Shown here piece by piece: positions 41,201-50,812 of a stretch of DNA of 64,000 bases; within the stretch, counting starts at the first letter, position 1, and every line of letters begins with the position of its first letter. The position numbers and the translations under genes are program-made. Location: assembly GCA_040218735.1 (NCBI GenBank), contig JAVJQW010000067.1:64001-128000 (forward strand), in the 5' to 3' direction. Origin of the DNA: Deltaproteobacteria bacterium (lineage in GTDB: Bacteria; Myxococcota; Kuafuiibacteriia; Kuafuiibacteriales; Kuafuiibacteriaceae). The notes under the pieces were generated by a model that saw nothing but the letters and a program-made list of their open reading frames with translations, ran no database searches and had not been told where the DNA came from.

Positions 41201-41224
41201 GAAGAGCCCGTTGAATTCGACCAT
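35234..41224 (-). CDS. Giant (~1996 aa) putative polymorphic toxin/effector: coiled coils, beta-rich region, hydrophobic helices, JAB/MPN-like and HExxH domains
   Basis: Uninterrupted ORF; HIHP...SHGD (36125-36136, 36062-36073); FHELYH...EE (35573-35587). Start set by the position of the sigma54 promoter. Confidence 0.75.
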   Translation of the reverse strand: MVEFNGLFSSSLVTPSLEAEPETPTFTPPTNTPTTNVTQRLTGDVYAAATPGLVSGQLPPIMPPIMPPVVPPVGPGGPAPAAAPLRPKAPEVPLEALVVKGNEEELEALEEEVQDAKDEVEREKQDVEDEQKRRRNDPKRRAAQAESKAIDEEQRDIDDAKDAYDREGNTYEEDEKKFKNLERDYEKESQRLRNELQDAMDSGDVDAQREIRQDLTDLNRQHSQDLGDKGRWESKTAPIRAKEAALTNRRRAHEQQKLEAMTPAERRHHEAQKRMASSAQAFEDAKARLDGLRGQPNPTPAQQAEIRQLEAEVNRLGNVVQAASGALGAATEAVGGKGFDYWTQMSDQDLAERGEALDIALSSLEDAEAKLGQPNASAIATKNDMIIDLAKPLKDGKATAEKARDTLRRNGDRMERGSREARGYSRGIEDRQRRLRQIANQPGAADEARQLRAEIVDLEMALTELGAELDALGRENRSLVGTVQEFEKLRFNAFAIRLGELVTERVTQFNFALGKPPGAAAPAAVNLDVPSPRPVAFPVAGGPGVPVRRLGEEETRTALDDLRYDDVKANGFGFPPGWYAGADLDLARERLALRRERFALELELFGDPRNPRHLGLIDNPLGDEVVYRAKLKRLEAVERRLAVLDGKQIAEASDAAVHVDQLVDQVEDAKARLDVDPKDKAAFEALVRLGAEVDAARALLRDDDGAQALPRGEDFDPARLRPEVERLRGEREAAEEALRDPTLPAKERIELTKTVEWLESRMDTLVNRAVAVVPGLAVGLPSRPEDFVELLRAQGVKNVQIVQNSPYHWVVRFERDGRENVVESDGTIREKNGQGVTETTYANGAYAREVAGDLTTTVHIDEEGRFEVRAGTFERVLEASQVAHVRDDRIVIVDKGADGVPRVDSWVDLDGQRRVQVERSEDGEKRVRIGDATRLLAEDEQIAVIPGDFDRIGIGKVVELNGEREFVMTGFFEGTTRVDLVAGKSEARYVWPDGERGELVFDPKVLATDLELDVDPEYLDPDVARVFERTVAEMAKLNRPFANALKGGGAWVKVDGVEYRVRSMRIRDGRLHIDVETRGDANTSVSTKNYVFQPSNEGGVKVFAMGQDSISRWHFDAGFEQVTTAISHGDQFVTTGHGEDWGLVGWRVDGVPIESVPSTPSYWEEFKTRWMETMGYIGTGASYVFSPLQTALYSIEGFLQDLVGYGVPLDVVYAVSMYKGWIGENERGFARAHSVYTTRQGQIWDWLGHGLSTDEERLDALRSVRERLTAEQYDFFVAAVTARYHEMVDRIAKSASGDPELDGLLQSRTPVKTSYTELEVANMAATVMGLANLPATFFSDGGEAYSRGDVVTGLLYDTSAVAVIAGESYVEGFGAGAVAQLKVLAAARAGGITAQRLKRVLAAGRAVGRAERIGEVTFRALTTAERLAFILPAGSYALDLLPDLLSGDADTRSAAIDRLLELVAELLPIDAGIRRATRFISRAGRAPSVGSRRRMIRTPRGADDAPGCGSDVGSATTRVDLRSLDQMLRDWGLAVEPRLRPDPAMRPTEPLMLPPLDLNFVPDAFRDYMIAELRGRAAGGRRVDGVPDASSDATFLGEVSGQIVQFKNPVDAAAAISVYQAHGLDARLVPAHARGTGSLVAIFTDPDVSIPRDVTRADIEHRSARFRVDPDQANARVIAYQRLLASGIEGRLVIDAHIHPPSGVDGIDNPGSTEQDFSHGDRDYFRGLRRTMYIHPQARAWVIQGRASETPNLPGGADVPAINYEGWRLHLEEMRLSAPRYVLGLLAEQSRMPGSADYDGWQLDPRHHSRARELEPMDAALWARMQATIEALGGGVRQARPGELPPGATAAYDRAPEVGRPGTVLTPEGTPRPSELEAFHELYHLYRDHVRGYARQLLGPAENYAEEVRAHEWTAMIGRHRGWPQSWIDASTSMANQYRGLLRRALERLGLDPDAFHELDPLFRGRLFETTPARPSAVDDPTVQSEVEGTSGSTTD

Positions 41225-41237
41225 GCCCGGGTGCATC

Positions 41238-41252
41238 GCAAGCCGAGTGCCA
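41238..41252 (-). promoter_or_regulatory. sigma54 -24/-12 promoter of the giant gene
   Basis: Minus strand reads TGGCAC-TCGGC-TTGC, an exact consensus match; ATG lies 14 nt after the -12 C. Confidence 0.8.
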
Positions 41253-41280
41253 GGCCCGCGCGACGGTCGGTCGCCACCTC

Positions 41281-41325
41281 GTCGTGCAGGCGCGTGCACA
41301 ACGACGCCGTCGTGACGTGCACGAC
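41281..41325. promoter_or_regulatory. Candidate enhancer (activator-binding) motifs
   Basis: GTCGTGCA (41281), GCACAACG (41296) and CGTGCACG (41316); the same motifs recur at 45137-45168. Confidence 0.6.
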
Positions 41326-41330
41326 CCGAC

Positions 41331-43052
41331 TCAATCGTCGAGGATGCGCGCGACGATGTCGTCGATGCGCGTGGTCGCGCCGCTCGCCGTGGCCTCCGTG
41401 AGCTCGAAACGCAGGCGCGACGCACGCTCGGGCGTCAGGGCGTCGAGGCGCGCCCACGCGGCCGCCGTGCGCTCGGTGCGTTCGGCGCGGTCGGCGTCTT
41501 CGCTGCGTCCGCTGCGTTCCGTGCGTTCGGCGCCTGCGCTGCGTTCCGTGCGTTCCATGCGCTTGGTGCGTTGCCTGCGTTCGGCGTCTGCGCTGCGTTC
41601 CGTGCGTTCGGCGCCCACGCTGAGCACGCTGCGTTCGGTGGGTTCCGTGCGCTCGCTGCGTCCGGTGCGTTCGGTGCGGAGCGCAGCGGGAGGCTGGTTC
41701 GGCTCCAGCGCCGCGCGCTTCACGACCGGCGTCCTCTCCTTCGCGGCCGCCGCCGCCTCGCGTCGCGCCGCGCCGCGCGCTCCCTTGGGGGCCTCTCGCG
41801 GCCGCACCTGTGGCGTCGACTTCACCGCCGTCGCAGGGCTCGATCGCGGCGACCACCACGAGACGACGTCCCGCGCCGCGAACCCGGCGAACGCCGCGCA
41901 CGCAAGAGCGAGCGCCAACACGAGCCACGATGCTCCGCGACGTGCTCGCGTCGCCGGCGGCGGCGCCCAGTCACTCATCCGACGCGGCGTGCGGTCGTCG
42001 CGGGCCGTGGTCTCGGCGGTCACGAGCGCGCCCACCGAAGTCGTCGGCGCGAGGGTGTTCGTCGCGGGCATCGGCCGACGCGGCGCCTCCTCAGCGGCGG
42101 GTTCGAAGCGTTCGACCAGCGCGGCCAGATCGCGCTCCGCGGTGGTGTGTCCGTCGAGCGAAGGCAACAGACCCGTAAGCGCCTCCACCAGCTCGCGGTG
42201 CGTCGGTCGTTCGTCGGGGACGCGGTTCAAGCCCCGCGCAATCACGTCGGCGAGCGATCGTGGAAAGTCGGGACGAAGCGCATCGACCCTCGGCGCATCC
42301 CGCGTCACCAACCGCGCGACCATCGCCGCGAGGTCTCGGCCCTGAAACAGCCGCGTCCCCGTCGCACACTCGAAGAGGACGATGCTCGCGCTGAACACGT
42401 CGGACTTCTGATCGAGCGGCGCGCCGGTCGCCTGCTCCGGAGAGAAGTAGCCGGGCTTGCCGCGGAGCACCCCCGAAGCGGTCACGTGCGACTGAATCGC
42501 CGTCCGCGCGATTCCGAAGTCCGTGAGGCGCACGACCCCCGTCCGATCGACGAGGATGTTGTGCGGAGAGACATCGCGATGCACCAGCTGGAGCGGCCGG
42601 CCATCGTCGGACGGGAACGCGTGGGCGTAGTCGAGCCCGGCCGCCAACCGCAGCCCGATGTGCGCCACGACGGCCGGCGACATCGCCTCCTCGGCGTCGA
42701 CGAGCTGCCCGAGGAGCCGGTTGAGCGGGAGGCCGTCGACCAGCTCCATCGCGATGTAGATCCACTCACCCTCGCGGCCGAGGTCGATCGTCCGCACGAT
42801 CGACGGGTGCGAAAGCGCCGACGTCGCGCGCGCCTCGTCGATGAACATCACCGCGGTCTGCGACGTCATGCGGGGCGCACGCACCAGCTTCAGCGCGACC
42901 ACCTTCTCGAACCCGGCCCGCCCGGAGTACACCGCCGACCACACTTCGCCCATGCCCCCACGTCCGAGGCGCGAGAGAAGTGTGTACGCGCCGATCCGAT
43001 CCCGGGGAGCGGGACGTACCGCAAGCGGCTCCAAGGGGAGGCCTGCGCGCAT
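41331..43052 (-). CDS. Hanks-type Ser/Thr protein kinase with TM helix and repetitive C-terminus
   Basis: GRGGMG, ALK, HRDVSPHN, DFG and YFSPEQ motifs; TM helix. Start uncertain (43052 ATG or 43034 TTG). Confidence 0.9.
   Translation of the reverse strand: MRAGLPLEPLAVRPAPRDRIGAYTLLSRLGRGGMGEVWSAVYSGRAGFEKVVALKLVRAPRMTSQTAVMFIDEARATSALSHPSIVRTIDLGREGEWIYIAMELVDGLPLNRLLGQLVDAEEAMSPAVVAHIGLRLAAGLDYAHAFPSDDGRPLQLVHRDVSPHNILVDRTGVVRLTDFGIARTAIQSHVTASGVLRGKPGYFSPEQATGAPLDQKSDVFSASIVLFECATGTRLFQGRDLAAMVARLVTRDAPRVDALRPDFPRSLADVIARGLNRVPDERPTHRELVEALTGLLPSLDGHTTAERDLAALVERFEPAAEEAPRRPMPATNTLAPTTSVGALVTAETTARDDRTPRRMSDWAPPPATRARRGASWLVLALALACAAFAGFAARDVVSWWSPRSSPATAVKSTPQVRPREAPKGARGAARREAAAAAKERTPVVKRAALEPNQPPAALRTERTGRSERTEPTERSVLSVGAERTERSADAERRQRTKRMERTERSAGAERTERSGRSEDADRAERTERTAAAWARLDALTPERASRLRFELTEATASGATTRIDDIVARILDD
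41467..41678. repeat. Intragenic 9-nt-based repeats encoding (ERTERS)n
   Basis: Recurring GTGCGTTC/GCTGCGTTC units; protein reads 'ERTGRSERTEPTERS...ERTERS...ERTERT'. Confidence 0.8.
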
Positions 43053-44382
43053 GTCCAACGGATTCGGAGAAGTCGAGACCATCAAGCGCGGTACGTCCGC
43101 GTCGGCGCTTCAGATCGCCGATTCACCCGGGAGGAGGTTGATCGTCTTCGGGCGCGGCCCCACCCGCACGATCGAGGTCCCCGAGGAGGGCCAGTGGCTC
43201 GTCGGGCGCGCGCCCGACGCTGCGTTGCGCCTCGACGACGGTGAGGTCTCGCGCGCACACGCACGTGTCACCTTCGGCCGTTCCGTCTTCATCGAGGATC
43301 TCGAGAGCGCCAACGGGACGCTGGTGCGCCTGGAGGCGGCCCGCGCCGGACGGCGCACGGAGGTCCGCACGGGCGACGCGGTGCAGATCGGCCCCTTCAC
43401 CCTCGTCCTCCTCGGGCAGCAACCCCTCGAGCGCGACGCACACGACTTCGTCATAGCGTCGTCGGCGATGCAGCAGCTCTACGACCTGATCGATCGCATC
43501 GCGGTGGGGAGCATCAGCGTCCTCATCTTCGGTGAGACCGGCGTCGGCAAGGAGGTCACCGCCGAGGCCGTGCACCTGCGCTCGCGTCGTCGCGACGGCC
43601 CGTTCGTTCGGCTCAACTGTGCCGCGCTCACCGAATCCATCATCGAGAGCGAGCTGTTCGGCTACGAGAAGGGGGCCTTCACCGGCGCCGTGGCGTCGAA
43701 GCGAGGGCTCATCGAAGCCGCCGACGGCGGAACGCTGTTCCTCGACGAGATCGGCGAGTTGCCGCTGTCGTCGCAAGTGAAGCTGCTGAGGGTCCTCGAA
43801 GAGCGGCGCGTGCGGCGGGTCGGCGCGCTCGAATCACACCCGGTCGACGTCCGCATCGTCGCCGCGACCAACCGCGATCTCGAGCGTGAGATCGCCGCGG
43901 GCAGCTTCCGGGAGGACCTCTACTTTCGGCTCAACGGCATGCCGCTGGAGGTCCCGCCGCTGCGTCTTCGCAAAAGCGAGATCGCGGCGCTGGCGGAGCG
44001 GTTCGTGACGCTCGTGTGCACACGCGACCCTCACCTCGTCCCGCCTCCGATCTCGACGCAGGCGTTGGCGCACCTCGAGCGCTACGACTGGCCCGGGAAC
44101 ATTCGCGAGCTCCGGAACGTCATCGAACGCGCCGTGCTGTTGGCGCAGGGCGGCACGATCGAGGTCGAGCACGTCCCGCTCGACGGCGTCGTGACGTCGA
44201 CGAAGACGGCCGCCGCCTTGCCCTCTCAGGTCCAGGCCTTCGAGCGGGATCGTATCGTCGCCGCGTTGGCCGCGTGCGACGGGAACCAGACCCAGGCCGC
44301 CGAGCGGCTGGGTATCGCGAGGCGGACGCTCATCAACCGCCTCGACCAGTACGACATCGAGCGTCCGCGGAAGGGGCGCTGA
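43051..44382 (+). CDS. FHA-domain sigma54-dependent enhancer-binding protein
   Basis: FHA (GR...SRAH...NGT), [36 protein letters not shown] and a Fis-type HTH. Confidence 0.93.
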   Translation: MSNGFGEVETIKRGTSASALQIADSPGRRLIVFGRGPTRTIEVPEEGQWLVGRAPDAALRLDDGEVSRAHARVTFGRSVFIEDLESANGTLVRLEAARAGRRTEVRTGDAVQIGPFTLVLLGQQPLERDAHDFVIASSAMQQLYDLIDRIAVGSISVLIFGETGVGKEVTAEAVHLRSRRRDGPFVRLNCAALTESIIESELFGYEKGAFTGAVASKRGLIEAADGGTLFLDEIGELPLSSQVKLLRVLEERRVRRVGALESHPVDVRIVAATNRDLEREIAAGSFREDLYFRLNGMPLEVPPLRLRKSEIAALAERFVTLVCTRDPHLVPPPISTQALAHLERYDWPGNIRELRNVIERAVLLAQGGTIEVEHVPLDGVVTSTKTAAALPSQVQAFERDRIVAALAACDGNQTQAAERLGIARRTLINRLDQYDIERPRKGR

Positions 44383-44383
44383 T

Positions 44384-44617
44384 TCACGCCGCCCGATCGA
44401 CATCTCGGTGCTCGAGCATCAGCCGCACCAGCGTCTCGCCGAGCTGCCGACTCACCGGGTCGGGCGACCCCTTCTTCACCGACAGCGGGCCCCCACTCGC
44501 ATTGAGCGCCGCGCGCCGCGCACGAATCTGCTCCGCGAGCGCGAGCTCCCCGAGCCCGGCGCTCTCCAGACGCTCCCAGATCAGACGCCGTCGCGCCGCC
44601 GCCTCCTCCGCCTTCAT
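44384..44617 (-). CDS. Small hypothetical protein (77 aa)
   Basis: TGATG overlap with the upstream gene's stop; 'MKAEEAAARRRLIWERLE...'. Confidence 0.55.
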   Translation of the reverse strand: MKAEEAAARRRLIWERLESAGLGELALAEQIRARRAALNASGGPLSVKKGSPDPVSRQLGETLVRLMLEHRDVDRAA

Positions 44618-45081
44618 CAGCGCTGCCCAACTTCCGACGCCGCCTGCTTGGCGTTGCGATCGTAGGCCTGCACGCAGTTCGAGAGCGCGTCGAAGAGCAT
44701 CTGGCGCTCGTCCGTGAGGCGGTTGAGCTCGACGACCTGCACGTCGACCGAGCGCGACGGGTCGGTGTCCATCCCCGCGTTGATGGTGTCGACCTTCTCT
44801 CGGATGCGCTCGTCGGAGCTTCGCATCGCGCGGATGAGCAGCAACATGATGAGCTCGGCGATGGAGCGCCCGACCCCCGCGAGCGGATCCAAGCCCGCGT
44901 CGCGGACGAGGCGCATCGTCCCGTCGACGACGCCTGCGCCGTTGGGGCCGGCCACGGTCGGGAGCACCGGCGGCGGCGCCTGGCTCGCATCGTAGCCGTC
45001 GACGGGCGCCGCCGTCGGCACCTCCTCGGACGGCGGCGCCGTCGTAGAGATCGGGGTGGTGGTCGCGTTCGTGACGTTCAT
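44617..45081 (-). CDS. Hypothetical helical protein with type III needle/filament-like C-terminus
   Basis: T/P-rich N-terminus; C-terminal 'QMLFDALSNCVQAYDRNAKQAASEVGQR'; sigma54 promoter directly upstream. Confidence 0.7.
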   Translation of the reverse strand: MNVTNATTTPISTTAPPSEEVPTAAPVDGYDASQAPPPVLPTVAGPNGAGVVDGTMRLVRDAGLDPLAGVGRSIAELIMLLLIRAMRSSDERIREKVDTINAGMDTDPSRSVDVQVVELNRLTDERQMLFDALSNCVQAYDRNAKQAASEVGQR

Positions 45082-45094
45082 GCCCGGACGTAGA

Positions 45095-45109
45095 GCAGCG
45101 ACCGTGCCA
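45095..45109 (-). promoter_or_regulatory. sigma54 -24/-12 promoter
   Basis: Minus strand reads TGGCAC-GGTCG-CTGC (GG-N10-GC); ATG lies 14 nt after the -12 C. Confidence 0.72.
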
Positions 45110-45136
45110 ACCGCGCCGCAGCCGCGTTCGCGCGCG

Positions 45137-45168
45137 GTCGTGCACGTCCTGGCACAACGTCGTGCACG
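45137..45168. promoter_or_regulatory. Candidate enhancer: direct repeat GTCGTGCACG x2, 22 bp apart
   Basis: Copies at 45137-45146 and 45159-45168, with GCACAACG at 45152. Confidence 0.62.
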
Positions 45169-46590
45169 CTACTGCTCGACGACGACGAGCGTCCCGCGGG
45201 CGCCCGCGACGACGAGGTCCTCACCTCCGTCGAGCGCGAGGTACGCGTCGGAGGGCGACGCGCCTTCGTCGCCGAGCGCGACGTTCACGCAGTCGATCGC
45301 GGTCGCGAACAACAGGACCCCTGCACAACCCAACGTCACCGCGATCCGCGGCCCGAACCGAGCCACGTCGTTGGCCGCGGACAGACGGCCCGCAGCGTCG
45401 AGGCACGGGGCGATCGATCGCGGGAGCGTCGGCGCATGTTCGACGAAGCCCGCCCCCTCCGCGCGGAGCACTCCGGGCGGGAGCGTCGTCATCCACGTCT
45501 CGTCGTCGGCGCTCACGGCGAGCCCGGTGGGGTCGACCGTCTCGGCGGACGTCAGGGTGCGGGTCGTGAACGTGTCGGTCGTGAGGTCGCCCTCGAAGAC
45601 GACGTTGGTCGCCGCGACGACATCACGCGTGGTCGCGCGCAGGACCCGCTCGACGCGACGACCGGGCGCAACCGGAAGGTCCGCGAGCCGCTCCACCCGC
45701 CCGTCGACGCGGAGCACGAGCCGCACGCCCTCCTCTCCCGCCGCGATGGCCTCCCCGGCGGCGTCGAACGCGACGGCGCGCAGGCCGCGGTCGGCTACGA
45801 CCGTCGCGGTGCCCGCCCACGTGAGCGTGCGGCCGACGATCGAGAACGTGTACAGGCGCCCTTCGACACACGCGGGATCTTGGTCGCAGCCGCGCGCGGT
45901 CGCGGCGACGACGCCCGAGAAGCCGTCTTCGTTTCGGACGACGTCGAGGTCGAGCGCCTCGACGTTCGTCGCGCCGTCCAGCGGGAGGAGCTCGTCGTGG
46001 GTCGGTGCGCCGGGGAGGTCGTCGCGCGTGAAGAGGTAGATGTTACCGCGCGACATCGCGACCGCACGGTCGTCGTCGAGCCTGCGCACTCGGGTGAGGT
46101 CCGCGGCGTAGGCCGGCGCGGAGGGCAAGAGTGAAGCGGCGGTCGCAAACGGGACGAGGCGCGCCGCCGCGCACTGCGGGGGCGCCGGCTCGGACCACGT
46201 CAGCGCTTTAGCGACCTCGCGATCCGTCGCGACGAACCGATCTTTCTCCAGCAAGAGGATCTCCACGTCGGCGGGTACGGGGCCCTCGATCCGTGACGCA
46301 CCGTCGAACGTCGGCGCGTCGGGCGGCGCCCCCAACGCGAGGCCCGCGCCCTCACCGAGCGGCGCGCGGAGCAAGATGAGTTGCGCCTCGTCGAGGTCGA
46401 CGGACAGGCGTGTCCGTGGCTCCGTCCGCCCGTCGACGATCGTGAACGGCCCGACGATCTCGACCGGGGCGGCCCCTTCGACGACGACCGCGAACGCCAC
46501 CGGCGCGTCGAGCCCCTCCAGCGTCACGTCGAGCTGGCGGGAGCCACAGCCGAGCAAGAGCGCGGCCGCCGCGACGCACCAGGACCGCAT
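45169..46590 (-). CDS. Lipoprotein with probable beta-propeller
   Basis: MRSWCVAAAALLLG-C; repeated '(V/A)AG..G.' blades. Confidence 0.7.
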   Translation of the reverse strand: MRSWCVAAAALLLGCGSRQLDVTLEGLDAPVAFAVVVEGAAPVEIVGPFTIVDGRTEPRTRLSVDLDEAQLILLRAPLGEGAGLALGAPPDAPTFDGASRIEGPVPADVEILLLEKDRFVATDREVAKALTWSEPAPPQCAAARLVPFATAASLLPSAPAYAADLTRVRRLDDDRAVAMSRGNIYLFTRDDLPGAPTHDELLPLDGATNVEALDLDVVRNEDGFSGVVAATARGCDQDPACVEGRLYTFSIVGRTLTWAGTATVVADRGLRAVAFDAAGEAIAAGEEGVRLVLRVDGRVERLADLPVAPGRRVERVLRATTRDVVAATNVVFEGDLTTDTFTTRTLTSAETVDPTGLAVSADDETWMTTLPPGVLRAEGAGFVEHAPTLPRSIAPCLDAAGRLSAANDVARFGPRIAVTLGCAGVLLFATAIDCVNVALGDEGASPSDAYLALDGGEDLVVAGARGTLVVVEQ

Positions 46591-47356
46591 GGCTCCGAAC
46601 GATATCAGAAGACGTGGTAGCGTCCGGCGCGTGGTGGGCCTCGTCGCGATCGTCGTCGTGGCCGGACTCGACGCCGATCCCGCCGAGCTTCGCCGGACCG
46701 CAGCACGCGCGATCACGACGCACACCACCCTCGACGTCTCCGCCGACGACCTCTTCGCGCCGGACCTGTCCCGCGAGACCGTCGCGGCCTGCGCGACGGA
46801 CGATCGTTGTTTTCGCGCGCGCATCCGCGACAGCGGCTTCGGCGGGCGCTACGTCGTCGTGATCTCCGCGGCCGACAGCCCCGCGGGCGCAGTATCAGCG
46901 GTGCGCGTCGTGGACGCCGAAGGTCGAACGGTGGGCCGCGCGAGCGGCGCGCTGATCCCCGGCGCGCTCGATGCGCAGCTGAAGGCGGCCTTCCCGTCGG
47001 AGGTGTGGGGCGCGGTCGCGACCGTCGCGATCCGCAGCGCCCCCGCGGGTGCCACGGCGACGTTCGACGGACGTCGCTGCCAGACCCCGTGCCCACCAAG
47101 ACGGGTGGCCCCCGGACGTCACGACGTCCGGATCGAGCAGCTGTCGTACGAGCCCTTCGCGACGACCTTCGACGTCCGACGAGGCGACGACCACGTCATC
47201 GATGCCGTGCTGAACGACGTTCCCGCGCGCCCCGTGTACACACGCTGGTGGTTCTGGACCGCCGCCGCCGCGGTCGTCGCTGCGGGTGTGACCACCGCGG
47301 TCGTCGTCGGGACGCGCTCGGGTCCGACCGATGTGTGCCTCGGCGGCGGGTGTTAG
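46589..47356 (+). CDS. PEGA domain protein
   Basis: 'IRSAPAGATATFDG...TP...PGRHDVRIEQLSY'; C-terminal 'PVYTRWWFWT' plus hydrophobic helix. Start uncertain (46589 or 46631). Confidence 0.75.
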   Translation: MAPNDIRRRGSVRRVVGLVAIVVVAGLDADPAELRRTAARAITTHTTLDVSADDLFAPDLSRETVAACATDDRCFRARIRDSGFGGRYVVVISAADSPAGAVSAVRVVDAEGRTVGRASGALIPGALDAQLKAAFPSEVWGAVATVAIRSAPAGATATFDGRRCQTPCPPRRVAPGRHDVRIEQLSYEPFATTFDVRRGDDHVIDAVLNDVPARPVYTRWWFWTAAAAVVAAGVTTAVVVGTRSGPTDVCLGGGC

Positions 47357-47360
47357 TCCT

Positions 47361-48044
47361 TCAATGCGAGGACGGGAGCGCGCGGGCGCGAACGCCACCG
47401 AGCAGCGCGAGGAGCTCTTCGCTCGAGAGGTCGTCGGGTACGCCGAGCGCGTGCGGCACGCCGCCCTGCTCGTACGCGACACCCTCCCCCAACCGGCCGA
47501 GGCCGGTGATCGCGGGCCACCGCACGATCGAGCGCAGTGAAGCGTCCCGCGTGATCCCGGCGCGCAGCACGCGGACCGCCGGCGTGCGCGCGTCCTCGTG
47601 GCGGAGCGTCACGATCACACACTCGCCCTCGCCCGCCGCGTCGATCAGCGTCGACGCATCGCCGCGCGCGAGGCGCGACGGACCGCGAGGGTCCGGACGG
47701 AGCGGCGGCCCCCACCGGCCCTTCGCGTGGAAGTGCGCCGCGACCGGGTCCTCGACGTAGAGCACGTCCTCGCCGGCGACGAATCGGTACCCCGAGTCCG
47801 CGCGCTCGACGTTCGCCGGGTTCGGCGCGAGCAACGCGCGCGCGAGGTCATACGCCATCCCGTGCGCCCCCTCGCCGGACAGCGACGCGAGCACGGCGCG
47901 GTCCTCGGCCCGGCCCGCGCGCGCCATCGTCAACGCGAGCTGCGCGCGGCGGTCGGGGGCCAGCTCGGGATCCGCGAGATCCTCGGCGATGCCATCGAGG
48001 GCCGGATCCGTGATCCCCGCCTCCTGCGCCACCGCGAGGAGCAA
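47361..48044 (-). CDS. Hypothetical protein downstream of gyrA
   Basis: ORF fills the gap and is co-oriented with gyrA; start uncertain. Confidence 0.55.
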   Translation of the reverse strand: MLLAVAQEAGITDPALDGIAEDLADPELAPDRRAQLALTMARAGRAEDRAVLASLSGEGAHGMAYDLARALLAPNPANVERADSGYRFVAGEDVLYVEDPVAAHFHAKGRWGPPLRPDPRGPSRLARGDASTLIDAAGEGECVIVTLRHEDARTPAVRVLRAGITRDASLRSIVRWPAITGLGRLGEGVAYEQGGVPHALGVPDDLSSEELLALLGGVRARALPSSH

Positions 48045-48082
48045 CCCCTCCGGCCCGAGGTCCGCGGCGAGGTAATGCTCGG

Positions 48083-50737
<2,655 letters not shown>

Positions 50738-50812
50738 ACTAAAAGAGACGGTTGTCTAGCCCGGCGTGCGTGGGTGGTAAAGCGCTAGGTTTGGCGCTAG
50801 CTTCCGCGCGCG

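Noticed and set aside
33001-48044. Mobile element or integrated island boundaries
   Set aside because: No integrase, transposase, tRNA target or flanking direct repeats were seen, and GC content looks similar to the flanks.
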